Positions 33,881 to 46,830 of a stretch of DNA of 64,000 bases are shown here, piece after piece. The DNA is from Vezdaea acicularis (lineage: Eukaryota), in contig JAPEUI010000037.1 of assembly GCA_026025075.1 (NCBI GenBank), positions 62,001 through 126,000 of the forward strand. Direction: 5' to 3'. Position numbers and translations under genes: made by a program. The notes beneath the pieces were generated by a model. That model was not told the origin of the DNA, ran no database searches, and saw only the letters and a list, made by a program, of their open reading frames with translations. How positions within the stretch are numbered: the stretch's first letter is position 1; every line of letters begins with the position of its first letter.

Positions 33881-36800
33881 TTAAGGATCTCTAGCTGCAG
33901 AGTGTTCAGACCATAGCTGGGCTACCCAACAAGCCACAAGAGTATCCCACGTCTTAGGATCTGTGCCTTCTTCAAAGCAGAGAGTAGGCGTTGCACCGTC
34001 CCATCCAGCTCTAGCCAAAAAGTTGCCATCCTCAGTTGTCCAACGAAATCCTTTTCCCTCCCTGTTAGACCAATCAGGTGTCCCCCGAAACAGGAAAGTC
34101 GACCTATCCACATGAGATTCATGTACTTTCCAGCCGCCTGTCCATTCTTTAAGCATCTCCCTTGAGGTGGAGTGGCCGCTTTGTGATTTGGCTTGAAGAC
34201 GGATCTCTTGAAAATCCGGGGTAACGCGCGTGATCTCATAGAGAACATTATCTGAGTTGAAATCTTCGGGCCCAAGTGGATAGTCAGCAGCAGCAGCAAA
34301 TTTCTGCGTGCGCCGAATGCTTATGGAAGTTATCGAACTGCTTAGAGGATGAGAGATCTGGTAATATCTTTTACCCTCAGATGTATGATTCCGAGAATAC
34401 ATGAATTGTCCGAAGAGTAACCTTTGATATAAGACCTCATCGAAAATCAAATACATTTTGGAGGTGGAAGGTTCATCATCCTCTGCTGATGGCCAGTGGA
34501 GGTCCCGCACATCGTAGTCCTTTGCTTCTCTCCTTGAAGGCTCAAGAGACAAGCTGGGCTCCAAACCAGTAGGCCCTTGTAAATCATTCAGTTTCTGCAT
34601 AGCGCCTACACTTCTCAATAATTCAGCAGTCAGTAAATGGTTTTCTTTGAGTGCCAGATCTAGAGGAGTCGTATTCTGGTCAGAGATTGGTGAAGGGTCG
34701 GCGCCAGCTTCAAGTAGCATCTTCACACAATCAAAATGTCCGTTGGATGAAGCCCAGTGTAGCGGAGCCCAGTTGAACCTAGTCTTGATGGACGGATCAG
34801 TGCCACTTTTGAGTAAGAATCTGACGTAGTCCAAGTTGCCGGCAGCTGCAGCTGCGTAAAGTTCAGTGACTCCATGATTAGCTTTAGTATTTGGATCAGC
34901 TCCAGCACCAAGTAGAACTCGTAGGATTGGCTCATTCTGCGATGCTGCGTTTGCACTCCATGCGGTTCTACCTTCATCATCCTTGAGATCAACTATAGCC
35001 CCGTGTTGTAAAAGAGCTGTAATCAGCTTCTTATTGCCGCGCCGAGTTGATCGGTGAAGAGACGTCTGGCCTGCGCTATCAGTTGAATTAACGCCAACGC
35101 CTGCGGAGAGCAATATTTGCACCGCCTCTAGATAGCCGCGTTCGACAGCAACAAAAAGAGCCGTTGCGCCAATACTGGAATCTTTGTTTCGGAGATTAAT
35201 GTCATCTTCATTCACTAGGCGTTGGATTTCCTTGTAGTCGCCAGAGTATGCAGCAAGCAAGAGCTGAACTTGGCCTTGTCCCACGCGAGAGCCATATTTC
35301 TTGATCTTTTCTTTCGTTCTATGCACAATGACCTCTCCAACTTTATGCCAGTCCCTTTCTGCAATCAGAAGGAGCACCCCCCTTCCGTGCTCGTTCCATA
35401 AATCAACGTTCGCGCCACTATCAACAAGAAATTCCACAGCCTTTTCAAATCCCCTTTCCATCGCGACAGATAAGGCGGTTTTGCCAGTCTCATCTTTAGC
35501 GTCTATGTCTGGGGATTCCTTAAGCAACATAGAAGCAACTTTGGCGAGCCCCATTGACGCTGCAAGGTGCAAAGCAGTCACTTCTGGGATTCGGCTCGAT
35601 CTAAGTCGAGTTTCCCATGAATTGATATCATTGTCTTTCATTTGATGAAGCGATGGTCGTTCATTGCTTAAGCGCTTCATGGTAGTCACTCCGTCAGCTG
35701 CTATCTCACCACCAAAATTACTACCTTTTTTCACGGAATCGATCTCTAGTGAAGCGGAAGAATAGTATCCGGATTTAATCAGGTCGAGGCCATCTAGAAG
35801 AGATAAGAGAGGTTTTCTCTTATCAGGATGCGACAGAAGAAGACAGATAGTGTCTAAGGTTGACAGTTCCAAAGCGTCTTCTGGATGTTGACGAGCATGA
35901 TCTCCCATATACTGAGCGGCATAACATGCCAAAGGGTAACTTTGAACTATACTCCAGATATTTGCACCTTTGAGCTCGTCCAGGTTTAAATAGGTGGCGC
36001 AGCTTATTGTGATGCTTGCGTGAAATCCTGGAAAGCGGTCGAAGCGGATCTTTACGAAGTAGTCCTCTGTGGTATAATGAACGAAGTTTACAACATTATT
36101 TCTTGGATCAACAATGACCAGCCCAGCACACAAAGCAGTGATGCTTTGTCCATCCATAATAAGCTCTTCATCCAGATAAAAATCTCCAGGCTCAATCGCT
36201 AGAGCGTGCTGAAGTTCTTTGATGGTGAGCGATCGAAAAGAATAACTAATCCAAGCTAAGGTCTTCAAAGCAACATTCCTTCGGTCTGAGTCAAGATTTT
36301 CAATTCGACGCATCGCTTCATCGTATGTTTCCTCTAAAGTTGTTGGGAGAGTTTGAAGTTTGGTTCGCACATGCTTGATCGTTAGAGCTGCTGCGCTGGT
36401 CAAAGATTCCACGTGGAGACGAGCAAGCAAGAACCTTCATCACTGTTAGTATCAACGCTGTTCCTGAATCAAGATCAAGTGACTTTAGATCTCTTACATG
36501 TTGTCAGCTCTCTTTACGACGACTTCTTTGATATCAGCACGCATCAATGCGCTTCTCTCGACCATGTTCTTCAAATTTCGATTCATAGAAATCTGATGGT
36601 CAACAAACAATTCGATATCCTTCTTATTAGCCTTGATTACTACTCGTTCAAATCCTTCGAGCTCTTCAGCAATGCTCTCCAGGAAACGAGATGTGATTAA
36701 AAGATGGATCTTAGGCTGAAGCTTTAGAAGAATTTCGATAAGACCCCACCGGACTCTATCATCGCACTCATCTAAGGCGTCTATTACAAGAAAGTTTTCC

Positions 36801-37993
36801 TTGTATATTTCAACCATAGCAAGAAGCGTTTTGACTACCTCACTAGACGACGGAGGATTATTGTGGTTACGATAACTTTCGTATAAAAAGTGTATAGGGA
36901 CCGGTATGGACTCATGTTCTTCGGTGAACTGCCGCAAAAGGCTTCCAAGGAGATTATTAAGATTTTGCTCTGGATCCTTATATCTAAGGTATAATATTGC
37001 AATACCGATACTACTGTCTAATTTTTGTTTATCTCGCTCTCGACGAAGGTGATCGAAAATGATTGATCTAGGATAGATCAACGCTTGAAAAAATAGGAAT
37101 GGGAGAGGATGAAACAAACGCAAGGACAGTTTTACCAGCTCCAGCTATGTTCGAATAAGGTTATTAAATATAAGAATTAGCCACCATATAGGGTTCTACG
37201 TACGAATTCCGGAACACCATAGAAATTTCTTTTCTCCTGTTCGCCATCTATGGAACTCATCAGATGACAAGAACCAGGCACCAGAACCTTTTTCCGGCTG
37301 GCTTGCAATTGTTTGGTGAATCTGATTCATCTGCAGCGGAGATAACCAGCTTGTGATGTCGGCCTTTATTTTTTGATCGAAAGCTAAGATGATTTAACTT
37401 CAAAAACTGCCGCTAGATATGTCTTTCTAGCCGTTCCTACCTTCTTGCTGCGTCTTTTCGAGTCGTTCGACTACTATGCTACACCAGAAGTGGATCAGTA
37501 TTGTTTCATCTGCAGCATACTTTTTGCAGAATAGAAAGTGGTTTAGCACTTACTATTGGTCGTCCAGCAATAAGGTGGTGACGTGTTGCTGCAAACGTGC
37601 AATGCGTTCAAGCAGTGAATATACTTCGGACTTAGTATATGACCATTTGATTATGGTACGCATTTGTTTTAAACGACTTTCTTGAATTAATTGCCCAGTG
37701 GAGGTGTCAACCTTCAAAGCTACAGCGAGATCATCGTATGCCTTCTGAAAATGATTTACGAGGTCTTTCCGATCACCAAGCCAGTTTTTGTCGGAACTTG
37801 TGGCCTTAGCACGATCTTTAAGTCGTCGAAGAAGTTCGGAAAGATGTTGAGCTTCGACCACTAACAATTTTCTTTCGGTAGAGGCATGTTTTGTATCTTT
37901 TGCATAGGTGATTAGCTCAGAGGTGGTCCGTAACGCTATATCAACTACACTGAGTACGGCTGATAACGCGGAAAAGGCTGTAATGGGATCCAT
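33881..37993 (-). CDS. Fungal NLR-like STAND protein: HeLo-like N-terminus, NACHT NTPase, ankyrin repeats and an extra C-terminal domain; about 6 exons
   Basis: N-terminal MDPITAFSALSAVLSVVDIA; SWLSPLQM..GSGAWFLSSDEFHRW; Walker A LWCSGIPGAGKT (split by an intron near 37145-37203); Walker B LVIDALDEC; LLITSR; FLLARLHVESL; multiple ankyrin repeats (TALHLAA, GKTALSVA, GQTSLH, APLHWAS, TPLDLA). Confidence 0.9.
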
Positions 37994-38865
37994 AGCAATT
38001 CAGTTGCTTGTCTTTATCATTACGTTTAAGAAGCAATAGAGACCTTGACAGTCTACACTGAAGTTGACGCCATCATAAGGAACTCAAAAGCGGATCGTAA
38101 GGAACTCAAAGCGACAATTTGGTGAAAGATGGGAGACTACGAAATATCCCTTCAAGATTCCGTGGATAACCTCTGTATTATTCTCTTGTCTTCTTATTTG
38201 GCAATCTCTTACTAGTGACGCTCGAAAGCCTCAGATCCCGTTGTGCCGAGTAGGTACCTCGTTGGCGTCTTGTCAATCACAAGGTGCGGCAGAGCATCGC
38301 TGGGTCGGCAATAATCGTGAAGCCAATGGCGGCACTGCAAGAGATCAATTGCGATGAAAAGCAGTCCTACTATCAGTAATCTGAGTCTTATTAGAGCTTT
38401 CCTCTATATTCTTTGAGTTGGAGAGGCGCTTATGCCCTATATTGAGTATAGTATTCTGTCCAGGGGAGTGTGTCATAACAACAGGCCGGGATACCTTCTA
38501 TCCGAGCATAGTTTCTCCTCGTCCAGACGAGTGGAATAAGCGCCGGCCACAAAAAGGAACAGCTCTGATCCTCTCCCACTTCAATGAAAGGTTAGGCAAA
38601 GGACGAAACTTATCCGAGGTCGACGGTATTCAGTCTGGCTTTCTGATGATCTTAGAACATACTCTAGCTCAAATCGAGGAGTCGAGCGCACTACAGTAGA
38701 GGGCATCGGAGAGAAAAATGAAAGGAGCGTCAAGCGTCTATCGCGTGGCATAACATGAGCTCTGAGTCGATGCAACCGTGCCAGAACATTCACTTTTCTG
38801 TGCAATCTATAACTTTAAGCAATTTCCCGCTCATTCTACCTCAGCTATTCAGCCACGAGGATACA

Positions 38866-39937
38866 ATGCCTTCGTGCTTTGGGTTGTGCCCGTAAGATCT
38901 AGAATTCACTGCCCTCTGCTTAAGACGCATTCCTTACTTGACGAGAACTAATTAGAGACGTGACGAGGCAACCTATTTCCATTAATCAAGATGTCAGAAG
39001 AATCATATATTATCATCAAACGCACTACAAGGACAATAAGTTCGTCTCAATTCTTCCTATTCTCACCAATCAAACCAACGTGACACATGTCATCATTGCG
39101 GCAATTCACCTAAATGAGCCAGCTGGAAACATTACTGTCAACGATGATCCATACACAGCTCCAAAAAATGACGTTCTTTGGCTGGAAGTTCGTACACTTC
39201 AGAGCGCAGGCATTAAGGTGCTTGGTATGCTAGGCGGCGCCCACCTTGGGTCGTTCAGGGCTCTTGATGGGGATACAAAGAGTTTCAACTCCTATTACGA
39301 CCCACTTCGTCAAATGATTGCTTCAGTTGGCTTGAATGGCCTCGATCTCGATGTAGAAGAAGAAATGTCGCTCCCTGGAATCATTAGACTAATTGATCGG
39401 CTCAAGTTGGACTTTGGTGCGAACTTTCTTATTACGCTTGCGCCTGTTGCGACTGCCTTGCAAAGCAGAGATCATCTCTCAGGTTTTGACTATGAGTCTC
39501 TAGAAAAGGCATTTGGAAGTCACATCGCCTGGTACAATACTCAGTTCTATTGCGGATGGGGTACTATGGAAAATGGAGATGACTACGATAATATTATGGC
39601 CCGTGGATGGCCTGCGGAGAAAGTTGTTCTGGGACTTGTCACAAATCCAGTAAATGGAAAAGGATGGGTCCCCGAGAACGTATTGCGCGAGACACTCCTC
39701 GCTCTTATTCAAAAGTATCCAGATTTTGGTGGAGTTATGGGTTGGGAGTACTTCAACTCTACTACTACAACATCATCTGATGAAGAGCCATGGCGCTGGG
39801 CTCAGTTGATGTCGACCATAATTCGACAATCGTGGCCTGCCGAAGTTGCAATCGCGAGAGCTCGAGCTTCTCTAAGTGACAAAGGCTCGCAGCTACTCAC
39901 TGGGGTTGAACACGCAAGTGGAGGATCGCATCATTGA
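38866..39937 (+). CDS. GH18 endo-beta-N-acetylglucosaminidase (Endo T/Eng18-like); no signal peptide, so probably cytosolic
   Basis: RIIYYHQTH, VTHVIIAAIHLNE, KVLGMLGGA, catalytic NGLDLDVEE, WYNTQFYCGWG, FGGVMGWEYFNS. Proposed exon 1 at 38866-38891 splices in frame to 38956. Confidence 0.85.
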
Positions 39938-40354
39938 GTTTTGTGAGTTGAGTTTACGTCTTCATTTTATGAAATGGCTTAGAAAGTTCCCTCGTAGCAA
40001 TGTTGATAGCTCAAATGTACCTACGGCCAAATATACATGAACATACCACAGGTGAATGTCTGGGAATTTTCTTGCATACTCATCCAAGGCATCATTTCAA
40101 AAGTCATGCCATAGTGCTAGAAGGATGTTTCTACGATATACTCCTGCATAGAAGCCAACGCACAGCTTGAAAATTGAATGTAACCACCACACCCGTTCTC
40201 ATTTCTCGTACAATTTGATTCGGCGAAGTGATAAGATCACAGCTCAAGGATGCAAGAGGTAATTTTGGCATTTCCATCATCCTACTCGGCAGCCGCTGAC
40301 TCTGTCATGAGGTGTCATTGCGCATTCTATACCAGCACATTTGAATGTGCCCGC

Positions 40355-41069
40355 TTAGCCATTTTCTCTGGCTTTGATTTGCTTCTCTATCTCTCTCTTC
40401 CTCGCCTTTTTCTCTTTCCGTCGTCTTTTGCGTTCGTTCTCCCTCAGAACTTGGTCTAGAAATGAGTTCGATCCTTTAACTGCTTCGTCAGCGTCAGCTT
40501 CAGCATTTCTTTCATCCGCGCTTTCAGTACGTTCTCCGGACAAGATTCCAACAGCAGTTCCCTTGGATGTTATAGCTTTGCGTATGCGCTTCTTCCCTTT
40601 CATAGCTCCCAGTGACGAACGACCCTGATCTTCTTCCGATTCAACTTCTATTGGAGCTTTCGGTGTTCGTGTTAGGGGGGCTTTGTTAATATCTTCGGAA
40701 TTGCGAGCCGTGATTTTAGAAGATTTCTTTCCAAGCAGCCTTCTGCGTAAAAGATCATTTGAGGTAAGTTGGTTGGGTTTATTTGCATCGCCTTCCAGGA
40801 AATCTTTAGGAATAGGTGCCCCAAGCCCAAGCCTTTCTTTTTTTAGTGGAAACTTCTGAAAAGCTTTGAAGGAGGTTGAGGCACCTTGGAGGAATTGGTG
40901 CAAATAAAGCCTTTTCCTCCTCTGCCAACTGTTCTGGTGACCTCTGCTTTGCTGCTTCGTCCGGCGTGAGTGGTGGTAGCCACAATTCTACCACGCGTTT
41001 ACTTTTAGCTAAAGCAACATTGATCTGGTTTCGGACAATATCCACGTCACTTGGAGTTTGAGATGCCAT
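40355..41069 (-). CDS. Conserved fungal hypothetical protein (DUF3245-like), 2 exons
   Basis: NQINVALAKSKRVVELWLPP..PPR/LGLGAPIP..LRRRLLGK..EEDQGRSSLG..SFLDQVLRE..KRRRK. Intron at about 40832-40884. Confidence 0.7.
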
Positions 41070-41276
41070 TGTGCTCGCAAATTATCTAGTTCCATGACGC
41101 GAGCGCAGTAGTGGTACGAGCTCAACTTCGAAAGGGAAGTATGCAAGCTTGTCGAAGGCCTCGGTTAAATTCCATGCGCAAGCTTCGATCTAGATCCCCA
41201 GAGTAACCGTTTCTTTTCCGCAATTCCGTGATTAGAGCTCATGCGACGAGGCTGCGCCGGCATTTAATTATCAAAG

Positions 41277-42928
41277 ATGTTTAGATTGGTCCGCAGTCGA
41301 CCCGTTGTCGTCGCTTTCAAGAAAACTCAGGTATATACCAAAGCATCCAGGAATTTCCCTCATGATAATGGAGCTAACCTCAAGCGCAGGCATCGGCTAC
41401 CAGGACTTCGAGGTTCCAACAGCAAAGAAGTCTTTCAATCCATGAATATCTCTCTGCGGATCTGTTAAGAAAGGTCAGGGTTGTCTTATCCAGTATGAGA
41501 GTTATAAAGTAACAATTAAGGCAGTATGGCGTTGGTGTCCCTCATGGCAGTGTAGCGAGGAGCGCATCGGAGGCGGAGGCAATTGCTAAATCGATTGGTA
41601 CTCGATTCTTCATACATATGGTCCACCAGTCTGACACCTATCTAGGGGGGGATGATATGGTCATAAAAGCCCAAGTGCTCGCAGGAGGACGTGGAAAGGG
41701 CACCTTCGACAACGGTCTGAAAGGGGGAGTCAGAGTGATTTATTCGTGAGCAAATATCAGAAGCGCCTTCTACATATTTACGACAGAACTAATAAACTTT
41801 CAAGACCTACCGAAGCCAAGATGTTCGCTGAGCAAATGATCGGTCATAAACTCATTACAAAGCAGACTGGCGCCGCTGGCAGACTTTGCAACTCCGTTTA
41901 CATCTGCGAACGAAAATTCGCTCGCCGAGAGTTCTACCTCGCTATACTGATGGATCGGGCATCACAGGGACCAGTCATTGTTGCATCTTCGCAAGGTGGC
42001 ATGGATATAGAGACCGTTGCAAAGGAAACGCCCGACGCCATCATCACCACATACATTGACATTCACAAGGGCGTGACGGACGATATCGCCCGAAAAATTG
42101 CTACCGATCTTGGCTTCTCCCCGCAATGCGTCGAAGATGCCAAAGATACCATACAAAAGCTTTATAAAATCTTCATGGAGAATGATGCAACACAGATCGA
42201 GATCAATCCGCTCTCAGAAACGTCAGATCACCAGGTACTAGCTATGGATGCCAAGCTAGGGTTCGACGATAATGCCGAGTTCCGTCAGAAGGAGGTGTTT
42301 TCGTGGCGTGACACGACGCAAGAAGACCCCGACGAAGTGAAAGCTGCGCAGTCCGGTCTTAACTTCATCAAACTCGATGGCGACATCGGATGCCTTGTCA
42401 ACGGTGCAGGCCTTGCTATGGCTACCATGGATATTATCAAGCTAAACGGCGGACAGCCAGCCAATTTCCTTGATGTTGGAGGTGGAGCCACGCCTGAGGC
42501 CATTAAACAGGCTTTCACCCTTATCACAAGTGATCCTAAGGTTACGGCTATCTTCGTGAATATCTTTGGGGGAATCGTTCAGTGTGATCAGATCGCCAAG
42601 GGCCTGGTATCTGTAGTAGACACAATGAACCTAAGGCTACCGATCATTGCGAGGCTTCAGGGCACAAATATGGAGGCCGCGCATAAGATAGTGAGTCGAA
42701 AAACAGAATAAAGTGAATAAATCATTGCTAATCTTTGTATAGATCAACGAGTCTGGGCTCAAGATCTTCTCTATAGAAGACTTGCAGAATGCGGCCGAGA
42801 AAGCCGTTCAGTTCTCCAAAGTCGTTAAGATGGGCAAGTTATTTCTATGTCACACTAGCGATTCCATGACTAATTGATCCATAGCTCGCGACATCGATGT
42901 TGGAGTTGAGTTTTCTTTGGGAATTTAA
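41277..42928 (+). CDS. LSC2: Mitochondrial succinyl-CoA ligase beta subunit, multi-exon
   Basis: Presequence, [73 protein letters not shown]; ends ..[10 protein letters not shown]. Confidence 0.95.
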
Positions 42929-43241
42929 GTAGATGACTGGGCGTGTTGTCTTCTGGAACTGTTCTTCTTTCTTTACTTCACTTGTACTGTACGTCGCATG
43001 TCCACAATCCACTGCCCCAGGTTTCTCGGTCCTCGAGAAAGGTAGAAAAGGCAGCCAATATGTCTCGTTCTTCCTCGGATATTTGGCGATTATGCAGTCT
43101 GCAGCTTACGGCGATGCTGGAAATCCGAAGATCATTCGGGTGCTGAAAATTTCCGCTAATCTTGGGCTACTAGCCATTTCTGCCAGTCCCCCACTGCCAC
43201 CCTTTGGCAAGGGTTCTCATTTTCTATCTCATTTCCTCTCT

Positions 43242-43691
43242 CTATGTCCATGTTTGATCTATCATCGTGCAGTCCCAATCATTGCGATGTCCCGGCTCCC
43301 AGCCATCATCGTAGTCACTTTCGACATCATCGTAGTCACTTTCGACATCATCGTCATATTCATCATCGGAATCAGAACAATTGCTTAGCGCGTATGTTGA
43401 TCCGCCAAAATCTGTTGCTGTTCTGACTATTTCCTGCTTGTCTAACACCAGATGATTTGTCGCTATCATGTTGTTGTTGGTTGAGGCCTTGAACCTGAGT
43501 GCGTCCCCTGCAGCACGCCAAGTTCGGAGCTTCTTCAAAGCTATCATCAGCAACCTGAATATATTAACTTCCGTGAGTTTTCGCTCTATCTGCTCCTGTT
43601 TCTTCTTCCCTGTAAGCATCGCTGCCTGGTTAGTGATGATTGGTTTGGCCCGATGTTTTCGCTGAGGTCTTGACTTTCTTATGCCTTCCAT
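43242..43691 (-). CDS. Small hypothetical ORF with an acidic repeat tail (possibly spurious or decayed)
   Basis: 149-aa ATG ORF with a TATA-like element about 60 nt upstream. The DDVESDY repeat comes from a 21-bp tandem duplication at 43304-43354. Confidence 0.3.
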   Translation of the reverse strand: MEGIRKSRPQRKHRAKPIITNQAAMLTGKKKQEQIERKLTEVNIFRLLMIALKKLRTWRAAGDALRFKASTNNNMIATNHLVLDKQEIVRTATDFGGSTYALSNCSDSDDEYDDDVESDYDDVESDYDDGWEPGHRNDWDCTMIDQTWT

Positions 43692-46600
43692 TTCGCGTCA
43701 GAAGGTGCTAAGTTAATTTAGATGTCCCCCGTGGCTCTCTGTCCTCTTATATATAAGAAAGTAACATCATTGGTATATTGTCTATCGGGACAGAAACATT
43801 GTATCCACTTGATTCTTGGAACCTTCAAGCTGAACAAGCAAGGGCTTCCAATGAACGAGCCACACGTGACTGGACATGTTTTGAGACGAGAGGCATGTGG
43901 TGTTGCAAGATGGAGTATCGAACCCGCGAAGGTACATTATATCAATCTCCATTTTGCGGCAAGAGGACGGGTTGCATGTTCGTGGAAACAGGAAAGTGAA
44001 AGGGGGGGTTGGCTTCTCGTATACACCCCACACCTAGTTTTCCTGGTTAAAGGTGCGCCGTCGCTGCTGACTTCGGAGGATTATTTCACTCTGTTCAGAT
44101 CCTCTTCATGAGTTATTCAGAGTGGTGTGAGGTGATGCTACTCCCTCCCGCACTAAAGCAAGATTCTGAGGCACTTGACCTTGGGTGTTTACGATGAAAG
44201 ACTAGATTCGCAAAGTAAGGCTACGTCTATCTTTTTATTAAGCTAGATCGATAATCACAGCTGTACGGGTATGCATAAACAAAGCATCTGTTGGTTCGAA
44301 CATATCGACTTCCTTGGACTGCGTCTAGCTTCGTCGGATGCACTCATGGCGATGGCAACTCTGGGCCTACCATCAGACTGACAATTATCCACGCAAATAT
44401 ACTGTCTCGCTTTTCTCAATGTGGAAATTCCGCTGCTCTTTCGTCTTCTCCATGAAACGGTCAACCTGGAGGAGCACGACCACGCATCGATCCTTGGCCC
44501 CTTGTTTTTTACATCAACCTTCGAGTGTTTCCAGCCGCGCGAGTCAACCAATCTCTTGACGGACTAGATTGGGGTGTTGCACGATTATTTATGGGGTTTG
44601 AAAGATGATGTGATTGCCTGGCCTGAATTGGGAGGCGGTAGTCATTGCTCTACCGAGACTGGCATCGCCGCGTACGCTGGCCTAATCTCAGCTTTTTACC
44701 TAAGCCGGTTGGTTCTGAGTGACTTAGAAGCTGGATCCGAACATATGCCGTCGCTTTGATCATCACAGACCGCTGATGCCCGGACAAGGGCATGGTGCAG
44801 ACGTTGACCCCACGAGGGAGGCTGACTGAACACTTTAGGTCTAGACTCTGGAGCGGCCCATCTCCTGTTTGGGCGACGATCATGGCAGCCATTGGACCCC
44901 ACCTCGGTCTTTCACCTTGACATGATTCGGATCGGAGGACTGCATACATGTTATGTGTTCGCTCATGCTATATGCCCTGCTTGGAACGCCCCCAACCAAC
45001 GCATGCCAGGAACAAAGTGCGCCACCCTTAGATTCCCGCAGCTAACTCTCAGATCCTTCCAAGTGTGCCGAGCCACGCCGTCAAGATCCCTGGCAGAAGG
45101 GAGGGAACGAAGAGAGAGCGAGTGATAAGGAGTGGTTGTCGATTAGCTGGCATCTGTTGGTTCTTTTTCACTCGATCAAGTCTGCCACCATCGCGGGTCG
45201 GAACGGTTCGGATCGTTTCCTAAGACGAGCGGACAACCAACGGATAAGATTCCGAGCATGCTGAATTCGTCGAACTCTGAAAATGATATTCTTTTTTACC
45301 TACAAGACGCTTTTGATCTGAGCTCGTCACGGATGTTCATTGATCAACCACCGCATAGAGCTCAGCTCTCGTCTTCGAGAGAACTTATCACAGAACCTAG
45401 ATACTCTACTCCGAGACCTCGCTCGTTGTTCCCTATTCAGCTATCGGAAGGATGGCTTTGGCAAATCTGCGTGTACGCGGCCCAGCTCCGCAAGTCTGAA
45501 GAACTCGAAAGTGCACAAATTCAGCCACGCTTCGGCAAGCTGACCAACCACAAGTCGAGCTTCCCAACTCGCAACATTCAACGTACACTGACATCCTTGT
45601 ATCCGTCATTCGCGCCTTGTTCCGACCGCCAACATCAATGCCCGTATCCCTATCTACGAGCATCATCCTCCTGTCCTCATGCATGTTTCGTGATCCTCCT
45701 AGGCTGACGCGCACAGACCTAACTCTCCTTTGACAACACTGTCCGCCTAGGGCGGAAGTAGGTCCCGTCTCTTACCGCGCCCGCGGCAAAGCAGCATGAA
45801 TCCTGCTCCGTCTATTTCTGGCGAATGGCAATCTAGAGATTGGCGTTCCAGTATCTGATCTCTCTTTCCTTATGTTGTATCGATCTAGATATGCTACTTT
45901 TGAGACAAATTCTTGACGAGCAAGTTGCTATTTGAGTTCCAGTATATAGGTTTTCATACCTAGCGATGGATCTTGATTTATATTACGATGATACCTTTAA
46001 ACCAACTCTGAACCTGGCAGAGCTTGGCTTTACACTAATAATTTATTCAATGGACTTTCTGTATGGCTATACCCAGAGGCTCTACGCAATCTTTCAAGTA
46101 ATCGAGCGCTCTTATTCGGTCTTGCAGACTTCCTGACGACGCATGGATCTAGGCGCTTCGATGCAAGGGTTCTTCCTAGGACTTGCGACCGTTTCGAGGA
46201 AAGCTTGCCCCCTCAAAGCTTAGCCATCTAGCGAGAGCATGTTGGCGATAGCCCCATCAACTTTCGCGGCAAAGGACATGCTGCATACGAGATCAGTCGG
46301 GTGAAGTCTCCGATCCGCAGTACGTAGCGAGAGCTCTCCGCCTTGACCACAAGCTTCTGCCAACCAACTCGCATCCTCCAGCTGTGCTCTCATCCTCTAT
46401 ACCATGTTCGTCACGTCTTCTGCCTACCTCGATTTCAGGTCTTTTCTCACAAGTTGGCCCCCCTTTTCGTAGTCCCTGGGTAGAGCGATTGTCATGCATC
46501 ATCGCTCAAAGTGTCGCAAGCAGATTGTGACAAGATCACAGCCCGATTGGGGGGCCAAGCTATGAGTTGTGGGTCCTCAATAGAGATATCCCATTCAGCC

Positions 46601-46830
46601 AGCACGGTGGAGCTTTCTTCCACGTATGAAAAGCTTATCAGGCTCTTAAGGGGGGGTTGGCGAAGGAAAGGCGGGACTCTGCGCCGCCAACGTGATGCTT
46701 GTTCAGCTTCCAGTTGATCGCACTTCACTAAAGAGTGCGATTCCTCATATAATCTTTCCTTGCCTTCCTTACTGATGCGTCTTATCTGCATTTTCGATTT
46801 TCGTGTTCTTGCTTCTCTGTGACCGTCGAA

